This document shows positions 22,984 to 36,263 of a DNA stretch of 64,000 bases, piece by piece (the stretch's first letter is position 1; each line of letters starts with the position of its first letter). Position numbers and translations under genes: made by a program. The notes under the pieces were generated by a model. That model saw nothing but the letters and a program-made list of their open reading frames with translations. It made no database searches and had not been told where the DNA came from. This DNA is from Puccinia triticina (Eukaryota), in NCBI GenBank assembly GCA_026914245.1, contig CP110439.1:6820001-6884000 (forward strand), written 5' to 3'.

Positions 22984-25911
22984 TTGGGTTTTGATTGTGA
23001 GATAAATCTTAAACCGAATGTCATTCCTCCTTTCGGTAAAATGTATAATTTGAGTAAGACCGAAAGAGACTCTTTAAAGAAATATATTGATGAGAACTTG
23101 GCTAAAAGATTTATTAAGGTATCTTCTTCACCAGCTGCCGCGCCTATCTTTTATGTTAAGGTAGATGGGAAGGCAGATCGGCCTTGTGTGGATTACAGGT
23201 TGTTGAATGATATGACGGTCAGGGATTCCTATCCCTTACCGGTTATCTCTCATTTACTAAATAATCTGCATGGGTGTAAGTTTCTGTCAAAAATTGATTT
23301 GAAGGCGGCATTTAACCTTTTGCGAGTTGCGACTGGTCATGAATGGAAGACGGCGTTTAGAACACCTTGGGGTTTGTACGAGTACCAGGTAATGCCGTTT
23401 GGCTTGGCTAATGCGCCGGCAACCTTTCAGCGATTTATTCAGCATGTGCTGAGGGAGTATCTCGACGTTTGTTGTTTTGTCTACATTGATGACATCTTGA
23501 TTTTTTCGCGAACAGAAGAGGCTCATTTGACGGACTTAAGGAACATTTTAGTGAAATTAAGGGAGTATTCATTGAAAGCTTCATTAAATAAATGTGAGTT
23601 TTTTAGTGCTAAGGTGACTTTTCTTGGTTTTGATATAACTCAGGAAGGTTTGAAAATGAATGAACGGAAGCTTGATACTATTAATCAGTGGCCGTATCCG
23701 TCGAGCTTGAAAGAATTGCAGAAGTTTTTAGGTTTCACCAACTTTTACAGAAAATTTATTCCGGCGTTTTCTGATGTGGCCGGTCCGTTGACTTCGTTGA
23801 CCAAGGGAGATTTAGGTGAGAAGTGCGGGTGGAAAACGGAACAATCGGTTAGTGTGTTTGAGAAGTTGAAATCTTTGTTTGTTAAGGAACCGTTGTTGGT
23901 TCATTTTAATTTTGATAAGGCTAGGTATGTTCATGTGGATAGTTCAGGGTTCGCCATTGCGGCGGTCCTGAGTCAGCCAGATAAGAATGGTAAGCTATTG
24001 CCTGTGAGTTATTTTTCTAGAAAGCTAACGGATAGGGAGCGCTCGTGGATGATTTTTGATTTGGAATTGCTAGCAATTGTTGAGGCGTGCGAAGAATGGC
24101 GAGCTTGGTTGATGGGGATGGAGGAGCCAGTTAAAGTGTTTTCTGATCATTCTAATCTTCTCTATTTCAAGACGGCAAAGTACTTATCTCCGAAACAGGC
24201 GCGCTGGGCGTTAGAATTAGATCAATTTAACATGCTAATTTATCATATTGCAGGGAACAAGAATCCGGCGGATGCGCCGAGTAGAAGGGAAGATTTTGTG
24301 GGTGAACGGTCTGAAATCCCGGAAGCTAGATCAATCATAGAAAAGATGGTGCCGATGGATGTAGTAGATGAGATATCTCCGGCAGGTTTGGTAGGTTTTC
24401 ACGGTATCCATGACTTGGCTTTTCAGCGGCCCAACCAATTGTTGTTGGATCATTTTGGACGGCATTATACTGATGATGAATTGTTAGTTAAGGATGTAAA
24501 GAAAGTTGATGGGTTGTATTTTCATAGGGACAGGCTTTTCGTACCAAAATCTTTGCAAATCAAGTTGATTAGGATGTATCATGATGCGCCGACGGTGGGC
24601 CATCCTGGAGTAGCACGGACGTTGTCTACTTTAACGCGCACCTTTTCGTGGCCGGGAGTAGGAGATACAGTTGCGGCTTATGTGAAGTCGTGTGATTCAT
24701 GCCAGCGGGTTAAGGCGCGACGGCAGGCGCGGGACGGTAGATTGGTTCTGCTGGTACCGAGTCCTAAGCCCTGGAGCACTATAGGTATGGATATGATTAC
24801 CAAGTTGCCAAGTTCGGCGGGTTTTGATTCAATCTTGGTAGTTATTGACCTGTTGAGCAAATTGACGCATTTTATTCCTTGTAAGGAGGCGTCTTCATCC
24901 GGGGTTTTAGCTAACTTGTTCAGGAAGCATATATTTAGGTTGCATGGTCTTCCTGATAAGATTGTGTCGGACCGGGGCGCTACATTTGTGAGTGAATTTT
25001 GGAAGTCGCTAATGAACTCTTTGAACATACAATCAGGTTTGTCAACGGCTTATCATCCGCAGACAGATGGTCAAACGGAAAGGATGAACCAAGTTTTGGA
25101 AGATTATTTGCGGCATTTTTGTTCGTGTTACCAAAATAATTGGGACAAATGTTTAGACATGGCGGAATTTGCGATAAACAATTTGGACTCGGCAAGTTTG
25201 GGCGTGTCCCCCTTCTTTTTCTCTTATGGGCATCATCCAAAATTTAATATAATGACTGAATCTGTGGGTCGAAAGGACTTAGATGAATTTTTATTGGATT
25301 TACAACTGACTCAGGAGAAAGCATTGGAGTGCTTGAATTTGGCGCGAAAGAAGCAGGCTTTGTATTACAATTTGGGTAAGAAGGCTTCTCCGGTTTATTT
25401 AGAAGGGGAAGAAGTACTACTTTTGCGTAAGTTTATACAATCAAGGCGACTAAACTCGAAATTAGATTATAGGTACATTGGTCCGTTTCGGGTAAAGAAA
25501 ATGGTGGGCCCGAATGCAGTCGAGTTGGATATTGAGAAAGAATATCCAAAGTTGCATCCAGTGTTTAATGTGTCGCTTCTTGTAAGGTACGTTCGTCCTA
25601 ACAGTATGGTAGATCGCGGCGTGAAGGATGGGATAAAAGATAAGTATTACGAGGATAAAGAGATTGTTGACTGGACGTTGATGAAAGCGATTTTGGATGT
25701 GAGATCCATCAAGAAAGGTAAGTTTGATTATTTAATTTCTTGGAAAGGTTCTACTGTTGCAAATGATACTTGGGTGGCGGAAGAACATATCCCGGATACA
25801 GTTAGGCGTTCTTTAGATTCGTTTAAAGCTCTACATAAGGAACTGTTTGGTGATAAGAAGAAAAAGAAGAGGAAACAGCCGGCGAAGGATTTGCGAGATT
25901 CGCAGGTATAA
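22984..25911 (+). CDS. Pol: reverse transcriptase, RNase H, integrase, chromodomain (upstream in-frame stop)
   Basis: VYIDDILIF (RT); VDSSGFAIAAVLSQ and ELLAI (RNase H); H..H..CDSC and IVSDRG..GQTER (integrase); YLISWKG..DTWVAEEHI (chromodomain). Confidence 0.95.
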   Translation: MGFDCEINLKPNVIPPFGKMYNLSKTERDSLKKYIDENLAKRFIKVSSSPAAAPIFYVKVDGKADRPCVDYRLLNDMTVRDSYPLPVISHLLNNLHGCKFLSKIDLKAAFNLLRVATGHEWKTAFRTPWGLYEYQVMPFGLANAPATFQRFIQHVLREYLDVCCFVYIDDILIFSRTEEAHLTDLRNILVKLREYSLKASLNKCEFFSAKVTFLGFDITQEGLKMNERKLDTINQWPYPSSLKELQKFLGFTNFYRKFIPAFSDVAGPLTSLTKGDLGEKCGWKTEQSVSVFEKLKSLFVKEPLLVHFNFDKARYVHVDSSGFAIAAVLSQPDKNGKLLPVSYFSRKLTDRERSWMIFDLELLAIVEACEEWRAWLMGMEEPVKVFSDHSNLLYFKTAKYLSPKQARWALELDQFNMLIYHIAGNKNPADAPSRREDFVGERSEIPEARSIIEKMVPMDVVDEISPAGLVGFHGIHDLAFQRPNQLLLDHFGRHYTDDELLVKDVKKVDGLYFHRDRLFVPKSLQIKLIRMYHDAPTVGHPGVARTLSTLTRTFSWPGVGDTVAAYVKSCDSCQRVKARRQARDGRLVLLVPSPKPWSTIGMDMITKLPSSAGFDSILVVIDLLSKLTHFIPCKEASSSGVLANLFRKHIFRLHGLPDKIVSDRGATFVSEFWKSLMNSLNIQSGLSTAYHPQTDGQTERMNQVLEDYLRHFCSCYQNNWDKCLDMAEFAINNLDSASLGVSPFFFSYGHHPKFNIMTESVGRKDLDEFLLDLQLTQEKALECLNLARKKQALYYNLGKKASPVYLEGEEVLLLRKFIQSRRLNSKLDYRYIGPFRVKKMVGPNAVELDIEKEYPKLHPVFNVSLLVRYVRPNSMVDRGVKDGIKDKYYEDKEIVDWTLMKAILDVRSIKKGKFDYLISWKGSTVANDTWVAEEHIPDTVRRSLDSFKALHKELFGDKKKKKRKQPAKDLRDSQV

Positions 25912-25924
25912 GGTCAGGCCAATT

Positions 25925-26316
25925 TGTAACGATTTCAGTACTGTACTACTGATAATTATATTTATAGGAGACTTATGGTCTTAAGCGCTATGTTATTTCG
26001 ATTTCGATTTGTGATTTCATTGTACTTTTCATTATAGTTAATTGTGTTGTGTGCACTATTGCGCTTTGGTGATAAGTGCTAGATGTGGTGGTCTTTCTCC
26101 CTCCTTTCTTCTTTTCTCCATCGTGATATTTTTGTTTCATTATCATCATCTATCCAAACAAATCACAATATAAAGTTTCCTTATTATAAATCCCTTCAAG
26201 AGTTTATTCTTCCTCGGAAGATAAACTACCCTTATTACATCTGAACATAGGCGATAGATTCTCTTGAGTCTATTCATAGCCATTCAAGAAGTAAGAGTAA
26301 TAGGGGGCCTCTCACA
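25925..26316 (+). repeat. 3' LTR of Gypsy element 1
   Basis: Direct repeat of 20094-20485, followed by TSD CACCC. Confidence 0.97.
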
Positions 26317-28792
26317 CACCCGCCCACCCTTCATAGTATATACCTTAGCTAAAAGGGGGATAGAAAACCCGCGTCCACTGCAAGCGGGGTGGGCTAGCGC
26401 CTGTGACCTCACACCCTCAGGTGATTTGTCTGCTCCGGGAGGTTCCGACACGCAGACCTCTTCCCCCTTGGGAGCCTCTCGCTAGGGAGTCCTCCCAGGC
26501 TCCCTCCCGGGAGGCTCAACGCGAGAGGGATTTCAAATGAGAGTCAATACAGTGGGTCGGGGACTCAACCTCTCCCAACCCGCACTAGGGAGTCTGAAGC
26601 CACTCGGGCTCTTTTCTCTTCCCAGAAGCCACAACAAGCTCCATCCGCCGTGATGGAAGAATCAGAAAAGTCTTTGACTCATCTCGATTTGCCCAGCCTT
26701 CTGAGCGCGGACTCTCTTTGGGGAACCCCTCGCAGCCCCACCTCGCCTACCCACCTTTCGCGCAAGTCGCAAATCAAACGGCAGATGTCGTCGACCCACA
26801 CCATCCATGAGTCCGTGAGTCTTTCAAAGGTGGGCAGCAGTTGGATCGGGGGCGAGGATGGGATGTTTTCAATCAACCGAGTGCCGGGGGGATGTAACAA
26901 AGAAGAGTCTAACGAGATCGAGGCCCTCCGCAAAACCAACCTGGCCGTCCAGAAAGCTACCTCCCGCAGACTCTCGACACCCAAGTTAGTCAAGTTGCCC
27001 TCCTCCTTATTTGACCAGTCAGCTCAGAGAGCCTTTGGCCGACCGGAGCAGCCGGATTGGCTGAGAGCCTTGATCTTGGTAGCTGAACGGACAAAGGAGG
27101 AGGATTCTGGGAGCAGGAGCTCGGCCGATTGCTCCTCAATAACCATGCAATTGCGCCTGAAGCAGAGACAGACGGACAAACCACCAAAATTCCGACCAAC
27201 AGCGTTTGTGAGAATCACGACACAAGGGGGCAGCTGAACCATCCTCCAGCCCTACCACACTCAAAGCAGCCACTCATTCTCAAAATGACTTGATTTCTAG
27301 CATATGCGAGCCCTGGCTTCGGGGGGCCTTGGTGTAGCCTGGGCTGGTGCAAAGGGCCCCTGAGGCTTGCTTCGCGAGGCGCCTTCGGCGCGTGGTGTCC
27401 CCCGGCCCCTGTAACGAGGGGATTGCGCTACATAAGCTAGTCGTTGCGTGAAGTATTTTCCACTCAATAACCGGTAGGTACCGGCCATTGAGTATGTATC
27501 AAAGGAAAAGAAGGTTTAAGAAGGTCAATGAACTCAGGTGTTGCTTACCTGAGCAGCTGCACTTCAGAAGCTGCGCACACACAAGGTGGAATGAGCTACA
27601 CCAGCAGCTGCTGGCTGTGCAAGGCAGATAAATGTATACTCAGTTTTAGTATTCACACCGTGATGTGGTAGCTGTGGATAGATGATAGATAGACGGCTGT
27701 AGCTGTTCAAATGTCACTTGCTGTCAAGGGAACAATGTTCTTTCCTGGTGCTAGCTCAAGTGCTACACCTGGGGGGGGGGGGGGGGCAATCTAGCAATGA
27801 GCAGCGTCTGGGTAAGTGGATTGATCATTTATCATTGGCTGTTTTGTTGTTCAAAAACTCACCTATATTACAACATGGTGCTTTTAGAACATGCAAAAAA
27901 GCTTGCGGACAATAAGATCAGCTCAGCCTATGCTTTTTACAAAACACCCAAGTTTTCCAATCAATTGGATAAATAACTGTTGTATGATTGCGTGGCCCTG
28001 TAAGACGTGAGATTCAGTGTTGTTTTTTCTAGTATAATGTGACAAAAACTAACAAAAGCTAGCTTAAATTTATCTACCGTCTCTAGATGTGGTAAAGTGA
28101 TCAATCAACCGGCATACAACTTGTTGTGCAGCAACCTCCTCACCCACGCCGGTCAATGTATGAGGAAGCAATCTAAACCTGCAGATAACAAGACTTTGGC
28201 TTTGGTTGGTGTTTCTGGAACTGGTGAAATCAACCTGCAAGAGGTGACTACTCTTATTTTTGTACTCCAGTTTTCCTAATCTAAAGAAGCATCTTTTTTC
28301 TAGGTTTTGCAAAGTTGCGCGGTTTGGTGTGCTGAGGAAGCAAAACCTTCTTCTGCTTTGGAAGCAATCAGCTTCAAGCATCTGCTTCATCCATCAATTT
28401 CCAAGAATCTCCCCACTTGAAGGATGGTCTTGAAAGTGATTCAGATGTTGTACTTGTCCATTCAAGAGAAATTATTTGATGAATTAAAGGTCAGCCTGAT
28501 CTTGTTTGTATTTGTGTTGTTTTATCAAATAAAGAATTACTGACTACAGCTCAAACCACCCAATTTCCAGCTGCACCAAGGCGCAATTTACTTAGGGGTT
28601 GATGCATGGCAATCACCCAACGGATTTGATATCTTTGGTGCAGTTATATACCGACTTGTTGACGATGGCACCGGTAAATTGAAATCAGAAGCAACACCTC
28701 TGGACTTTTTGCAGCTTAGTGAAAGGCATACCAGCAAATACTTAGCTAGCGTGGTCCAGTGCATTGTTGAAAAGTTTGGATTAGAAAGACGG

Positions 28793-29947
28793 TGTGGTAG
28801 ACGGAAAAGTGAAAAATCAAAAGTTTTTCCTCATACATATATTTAATCACCCTAGGCCTCAAGATACCACCAAATAGACCTCATAAATGGATTCTACGGC
28901 CAATTTTACCCCCAGTCACCACTGGAAGCGTCACTGGAACCCCGCAGGATTGGAAGTTACACCCTCTTGGACCCTCATGGACACGGCCAGCCTCAGTCAT
29001 TAACCTGTCACACCCCTCAAGTCACCTTTCCCAGGTATACACATACTCAGACCCAGCCAAACACATACTCTTTTCCATCCCTCTTATCTCCACTGCTTAC
29101 GCAGGGGACCAACCCCATTTCCTCTGTATTTGACATGTCCCCGCCTCATTTATGCACCCCTTGCAGCTGCATGCAGTCTTCTGACCCCATTTCTGCACTC
29201 CTTGCATTAATCTGACACCACTCATGCACCCCTTGCATGAAGTACCTCTATATTTGAAATGTCCCCGCTTTGTTTGTGCACTCCTTGCATTAGTATGACA
29301 TCATCTTTCATTTCTCACCCCACTTTTTGCCTGTATTTAGTATCTTCTGACACCACTTGTACGCAGCCCACCAGCTAAAATCCCTCATTCAGGGTCCCCC
29401 TTGTAGCTAAAATCCCTCACATTTGTCTATATAAGGAGCTCTCTCCCCCCCAGTTGTTTTTCCCTCAGCTCTACTCCCCAGTTATTTACGTACCACCTCC
29501 ACACTTACCATCACCACCACACATCACTACAACCCTTATATTTGCAAATAACTACTGAGCTCACTCTCATATTCTCATACTCTCATATCTCCTGGTTGCA
29601 TATCACGCACCTGTCACGAGTTACCCGGTTCCTGGTTCAACTCCCACCTAAGACATATACCCTTCTCAACTTCTTATATCACCCTCTTGAGGACCTGTGT
29701 TCAACCCCCACCGGAAACATCAAGTCAAAGTTTGCCCTTTCCGTCATAATAAACCCTCTCAACCCTCACATACCTGTCATTGAACAACTTCATCTGGAAC
29801 TAGACCAGACCTATCACTTGATTAAAACTTGCCAAGCTTAGCTTGGTGGGTCTTGTTATCTGATAGTATAGAAAGGCAGAGTTTGCACCTCCATCATCCC
29901 CTTCTCCATTCAGCAAAAGGGTTTCACAACCACTTTTGAGTCTTACA
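28793..29947. mobile_element. Solo LTR inserted in the hAT transposase
   Basis: TGTGG...TTACA termini; 4-bp TSD ACGG; removal restores an exon end followed by a gtaag donor. Confidence 0.8.
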
Positions 29948-31042
29948 ACGGGTAAGATCAAATTTCCAATACATCAGATTCATCTTATGGCTAACAAACC
30001 CTACTTCTTCCTCTTTCAGATCCATGGAATTGTTTCTGATAATGCCGCAAACAATGCAACCATGATTTTGGAATCGGGTATACTTGGGTGGAAGCGGTTC
30101 CACGGTGAGCCGCAGTGGATACAGTGCTTTGCACACATCCTCAATCTTATTGTCAAGGCCATCCTTTGACCATTTGGACATTCAAAGAAAGGCTCCGCGG
30201 AGGCTGACAAGCTTGAAGTTGAAGAATCCAATGATGAAGAAGGAGCTCAAGATCTTATTGAAACACTAGAGTCCAAGGCGGCTGCGCCGCTGCAACCCCC
30301 CAGAGCTTGTTTTCATAGCTTGCTTTGTATTTTAGCTGCATAACTTATGTTACGTTGTTGCATGAAACAACTCAATTTCTACTCCTCAACAAAAATTTCA
30401 TGCAATTAATCTGAATGTGTTGTTTTTGTCACTTGGGATTCTCAATGTTAAAAGCATAAAACCTCTCACATTGGGGAATACTGCTAATTTAATCACCTTT
30501 TGCAGGGAAATAAACAGATAATATATGCAGATATTTTGCATTCCCTGAAAAGAAGGTCTTAATCTTCTTTGAAATATGCTAATTTTCAAAACATTAAGCA
30601 CCATAACAAGGTAGACTTAACATGTCAAATGTTTTCTTCAATTATACTGCAAGATTTATTAAATAGTCAGGGGAGATATGGTCCACTGTTGGTATAAGGA
30701 AGCCCATAGAGTCTTGATCAGGAAAGCTATGTACATATTCAGAGGAATAATTTTCCTGCAAGAAAGATGAAAATAAAATCATAGTGTAGGAGTCCAACTG
30801 GGACTCTTCACTGAAAGGATCAAATGGGGGGTGCTGAGAACTTGTCTTGTGAGATTCAGGGCCCAAGTCACTTACATTTAAGATGAAGGGAGGAAGAACC
30901 TAGTGTGGAGAGAATGATCTCTCTTAGTATCTACAACTTTTGGATGAAGAGAGAGAAGAGAGAGAAGGAGGAAAGAAGGCGACTTACCTAGCGTGGAGAG
31001 AAGGATGTTTGCCAGGCTAGGTAGGGGGTGGAGGATCCGGGA

Positions 31043-32476
<1,434 letters not shown>

Positions 32477-32529
32477 GAAGCATCCGTTTGGCATTGCCAT
32501 CCTCGCCGGGTATCGGATGGAGTAGGAGA

Positions 32530-32975
32530 TTGCTCACCTGGGCGCTCAACAGTTGCATAGGCTGGAGAAAGTAATGCTCGAGGTTGAGGCCCTTGACTTT
32601 GAGCCCATTGAGCCGGTCAGCAATGGAGTGTTGGAGCATCAAGTTGGCGAGGATGGGGAGGCTTTAGCCGAGTTTCTGCAGCAGTTTCTGAATACCTTGA
32701 TCACGCCCTGGATGTAGTCAAGCACGATGTTGCTGTTGACCTGAACCTGGGCGCCGGCTGTCTGAGCCTGCCTGGGCCTGCCCTCCAGGAGTCCAGTGCG
32801 CTCACGAATGTTGTCCCAAACAGCATGATCTCCTCAATGTTTGCAAAGATGATTGCTGCCACCCACACACCAATCAGCGGCTCAAGCTCCTGGCGAAACA
32901 CCTGCAACAGGATCTTGCAGATCTTGTCAAAGCCCACCTCTTTCTGGATCAGCTTGTATATCGCTTCCTGTGCTA
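32530..32975 (-). pseudogene. RhoGEF (Dbl-homology domain) gene fragment
   Basis: QEAIYKLIQKE (conserved region 1-like), LEPL...IIFANIEEIMLF and GLNLEHYFLQPMQ (conserved region 3-like); frameshift and stop. Confidence 0.75.
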
Positions 32976-35050
32976 GTGCTTGACAGACGGTGTGGCAGTT
33001 GAGGGTGCGGATGGGGCAGGCGACACCTATCAGGGCCCAAGAGCCACAAACAGAAGGTGTTGCTAGACTCTAGTTGAGGGGACGGTTGAGTCGGAGCTCA
33101 AGGGCTGGTGGCGTGGATTTGAGTTTAAATCTTGGCCCTGAGGCTGGTGATGGGGCTTGGGTTGCTTGGTGGTTTCTGGATATTATTGGCGGGGACTCTT
33201 GTTGTTGTTGTCATGCACAGTCCAAAACCTAGACAACGCCTAGCCAGTCAAAACACCACTGTGCAGGTCAGAGGTACCGGAGGGGCGTGGCGGTGGCGTA
33301 GTTGTCAGGGCTTGATTATTGTGGCAGTCGAGTTGGTGGGTCTTGAGAGCCTTAGTGCTGGATTGTCTATAAAATAAGCTTCAGCTTGCTGGTTTGTGTC
33401 CGCCAGGGCGTCCTCTGCCGCTGTAATTCCAGTGTGCGGTTCGTCCTCACGCTCTCCGCTGTTGCACTTGCGCAGTTTGAGGGGGGGATACTCGGTGGCC
33501 CCCCTTTGCATAATGCCTTCAATGCGGCGCGCTGGGGGTCATCCACCCACTATTTTAAACCCTGCTAGACAGGGATGGATAGTGGGTCCAGTTTGTGGTG
33601 TTTGAATTTTGTGTTAAGAAGGCTTGTTTCTGTGATTTGTTTTTTTTGAAAGGGGGAACCCTTGCATTTTTTTTTGTGATTTGGTTAACTTGTAGGGGAA
33701 ACCCTTGATCTTTGTTTCTGTGTTTCTCTGTCTTTAATAAACTTGGATGAGTGTTGTTTAGTCCCACCCCCCCCCCCCCCCTCTTCTCCCCCAGCCCCCC
33801 CCCCCCCCCTCCAATGCTTGGCATACAGCCTTGCACATCCCCCCCCCCCCCCCCCCCAGTGGTTCAAGTAAAGGATATAATTGCTCAGATGTGAGTGAAG
33901 CTGATTTCCAATATTTTTTTGATGCATCATTTCCAGTTTCCAAAACTCGGACAATGATGAGGAATCCAATACCTTAGATGAGGTATAAGATGCCACCATT
34001 CAACCTGATGATGAGCTCACTCTGGCTGAAATAAAAGACCTGGAACCAGAATCAGAGAACAATTCATATACTTCTGCCTCATTTTGCCGGTCCCTTGCAA
34101 AGGTCAGCTTACTAGACAATTCATTCATTTCTTGATGATTGCTCATAAAAGATAAAGCTATTTATTCAGTTTTGTCGAATTGCAACAAAATTGAAGAAGT
34201 ACCCAAACTCAAAAGTTAAGGCCCCGTTTGGAGCCAATATAATTGCGCGATATAATCTGGAAACTTGTGACATCTGATCAAGCTTTGGCGGACCTAATCA
34301 GATGTCACATAGGATGTCATGCAAAAAAACTTATATATTGCCTGGATTATATCGGCTCCAAACGGGGCCTAAGTTCATTCAAATATGTAAAGAAACCAAT
34401 TGTGAGAAGCCTCACAACATTGAGCGGGACGTACCAACCCGCTGGAATTCAACTTTCAAGCAGCTCAAGAGCATTGTAAGGTGTGAGGAAGCCATGTAAG
34501 TTTTTCTTGAGCATCACAATGACTCCGGATGACCATTCTGACTTGGTTTTCATGGCAGTGGAATAAGCAGTTTGGCACACCCCAGAACAACCATATACAT
34601 CATGAGGACTTGGACTTGACGCGTCACCTAGTTCAGATTCTGGAACTTTTTTACAAATTCAAACTTCAGATATTAACCACTGCCTCAGCTCAAGTGGCCG
34701 AAGTCGTTGTCCTCATTGATCAAATCACTGCTAGCCTTTCTACCGTGATTGCAAACAATGATGATGATTATCCTCCAGCTTTGCAAAATGCTTGTCGCGC
34801 CGGGCTTTGTATCACAAATAAGTATTATTCACTCACAGACTGTTCACCTATTTACAGGATAGCAATGGGTTAGTCTTTTCATTGAGCTGCATAAACTTTA
34901 AATTTTCTCTTTCATACTAACTTTCCAAAAACTTTGCCTTGAAGTTCTTCACCCTTCTTTCAAAGATGAATACTTCAAGCTTTCAAAATGGCCTTGGGAA
35001 TGGATCCATGAGTCACTTGATTTAACTCGCTAGATGTACGATAAATGGTA

Positions 35051-35710
35051 TGGTGTTGCAAGAGCGTCTGGGCACATACCCAAATCCCTCTTGGCCGAGT
35101 GCCTCCAGAGGTTGAGTATGTGCCCAGCGGGCTTGATTGGGCAGCTTGCGCGGGGGGCAGAGCTTGGCACAAAGCCAAGTCCCGATTGGCCGAGATCAAG
35201 CTCTGGGCCAATGGCAACACACCGGTCATGAGACGCCAGCCCTTGTCTCTGCCTCAAGAGCAAGAACAACGTGCCCTCAAGGAGGGGAAACGTTCTCCCT
35301 TCTTGACATTGCACATTGGACATTGACAAGGGAGCTTTGCCTTCTTGATGGTCGGTCTGTAGGCTGGTCATCGGGGAGGAAAGACTCCCTTCGCGGTGGG
35401 TGATACTTGTATCAATCATCAAGAAGGGAGTCTTCCCCTCTTGATGACCAGTTTGTAGACCAACCATTGAGGAGGGAAACTTCTCTCCTTGATGGCCGGC
35501 ACAGAGTTTGGCGGTTGTGGCACCCTCACTTGAAATCGGCCCAGCGGGGCTTTGTGCCAAACCCCGCCCACTTTGCAATATGCCAAGCGGGGGTTGGGAG
35601 TGTGCCAGGTGGGCTTGAGGATTGGCCAAGCGGGATTTAGCCTTGGCCATGCGCGCTTGGCCTTTTTTTGGCCAAACTTTGGTGAGTGCCCAGACAGGCT
35701 TGCAACACCA
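35051..35710. mobile_element. Tc1/mariner-type MITE
   Basis: ta|TGGTGTTGCAAG...CTTGCAACACCA|ta; removal restores the hAT frame DKWYKPRAIP. Confidence 0.85.
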
Positions 35711-35830
35711 TATAAGCCCAGAGCAATTCCAAATGCAGTACCAGCAAAGGTAATTTTATTGCTTGTCATGATCTAGTTTAATTAAATACAAACTGAATCA
35801 CTCTTCAGCCTCAGACTGGTGTCCTCGCCG

Positions 35831-36263
35831 CAACGGTGAAACAGATGCGATACAATGCGATATTGCACATTTATCGGTATTGCATTGTTGGGGCGATGCA
35901 CCATATTGCTAATCTGCTGTATCGCATTGCAAAACCAATGCATCGCATTGGCATCGCATCGCTTGACCGATACAGCGGGTGAGAAAACCTTGCATCGCAT
36001 TGTAGAGACAATGCGATGCGATGCGGGCAATATATGCGGAGATATACCGATAAATATCGGTATTGCATCTATTGGCATCGCATCAGTTAAACCGATGCAC
36101 ATCCAACGAAAAGCCTGTATTGCAACGCTCAAGCGATGCGCTTTGAACGATGCATATTGCATCGGCCTTCCAAGACGATGTGATTTGATGCACAGTATCG
36201 GGCGGTATCATCAATGCGATATGGCCCGATATTGATGCGCGCATCGTATCTGTTTCACCGTTG
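35831..36263. mobile_element. MITE with CAACG termini and 7-bp TSD
   Basis: TIR CAACGGTGAAACAGAT; TSD CTCGCCG (35824-35830, 36264-36270); removal restores GVLAGLSAAA; internal atgcg/cgcat repeats. Confidence 0.9.

Larger units (their letters stand above)
20094..26316 (+). mobile_element. Full-length Ty3/Gypsy chromovirus LTR retrotransposon
   Basis: 392-bp LTRs at 20094-20485 and 25925-26316 (TG..CA, 4 differences seen); 5-bp TSD CACCC; gag-PR-RT-RH-IN-chromodomain order. Confidence 0.97.
19129..27750. mobile_element. CACC-ended (CACTA-like) element hosting the first Gypsy element
   Basis: CACCAGGAAA...TTTCCTGGTG with shared subterminal caagtgacat motif; 3-bp TSD CTA (19126-19128, 27751-27753). 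Confidence 0.85.

Noticed and set aside
19389..27580. Additional LTR-like element between the CACC ends and Gypsy 1
   Set aside because: Could not identify termini or a TSD; the 195-aa ORF at 26650-27237 has no recognisable motif
33767..33857. Poly-C runs as a G-quadruplex element
   Set aside because: Homopolymer runs are common in this repeat context and their lengths are error-prone
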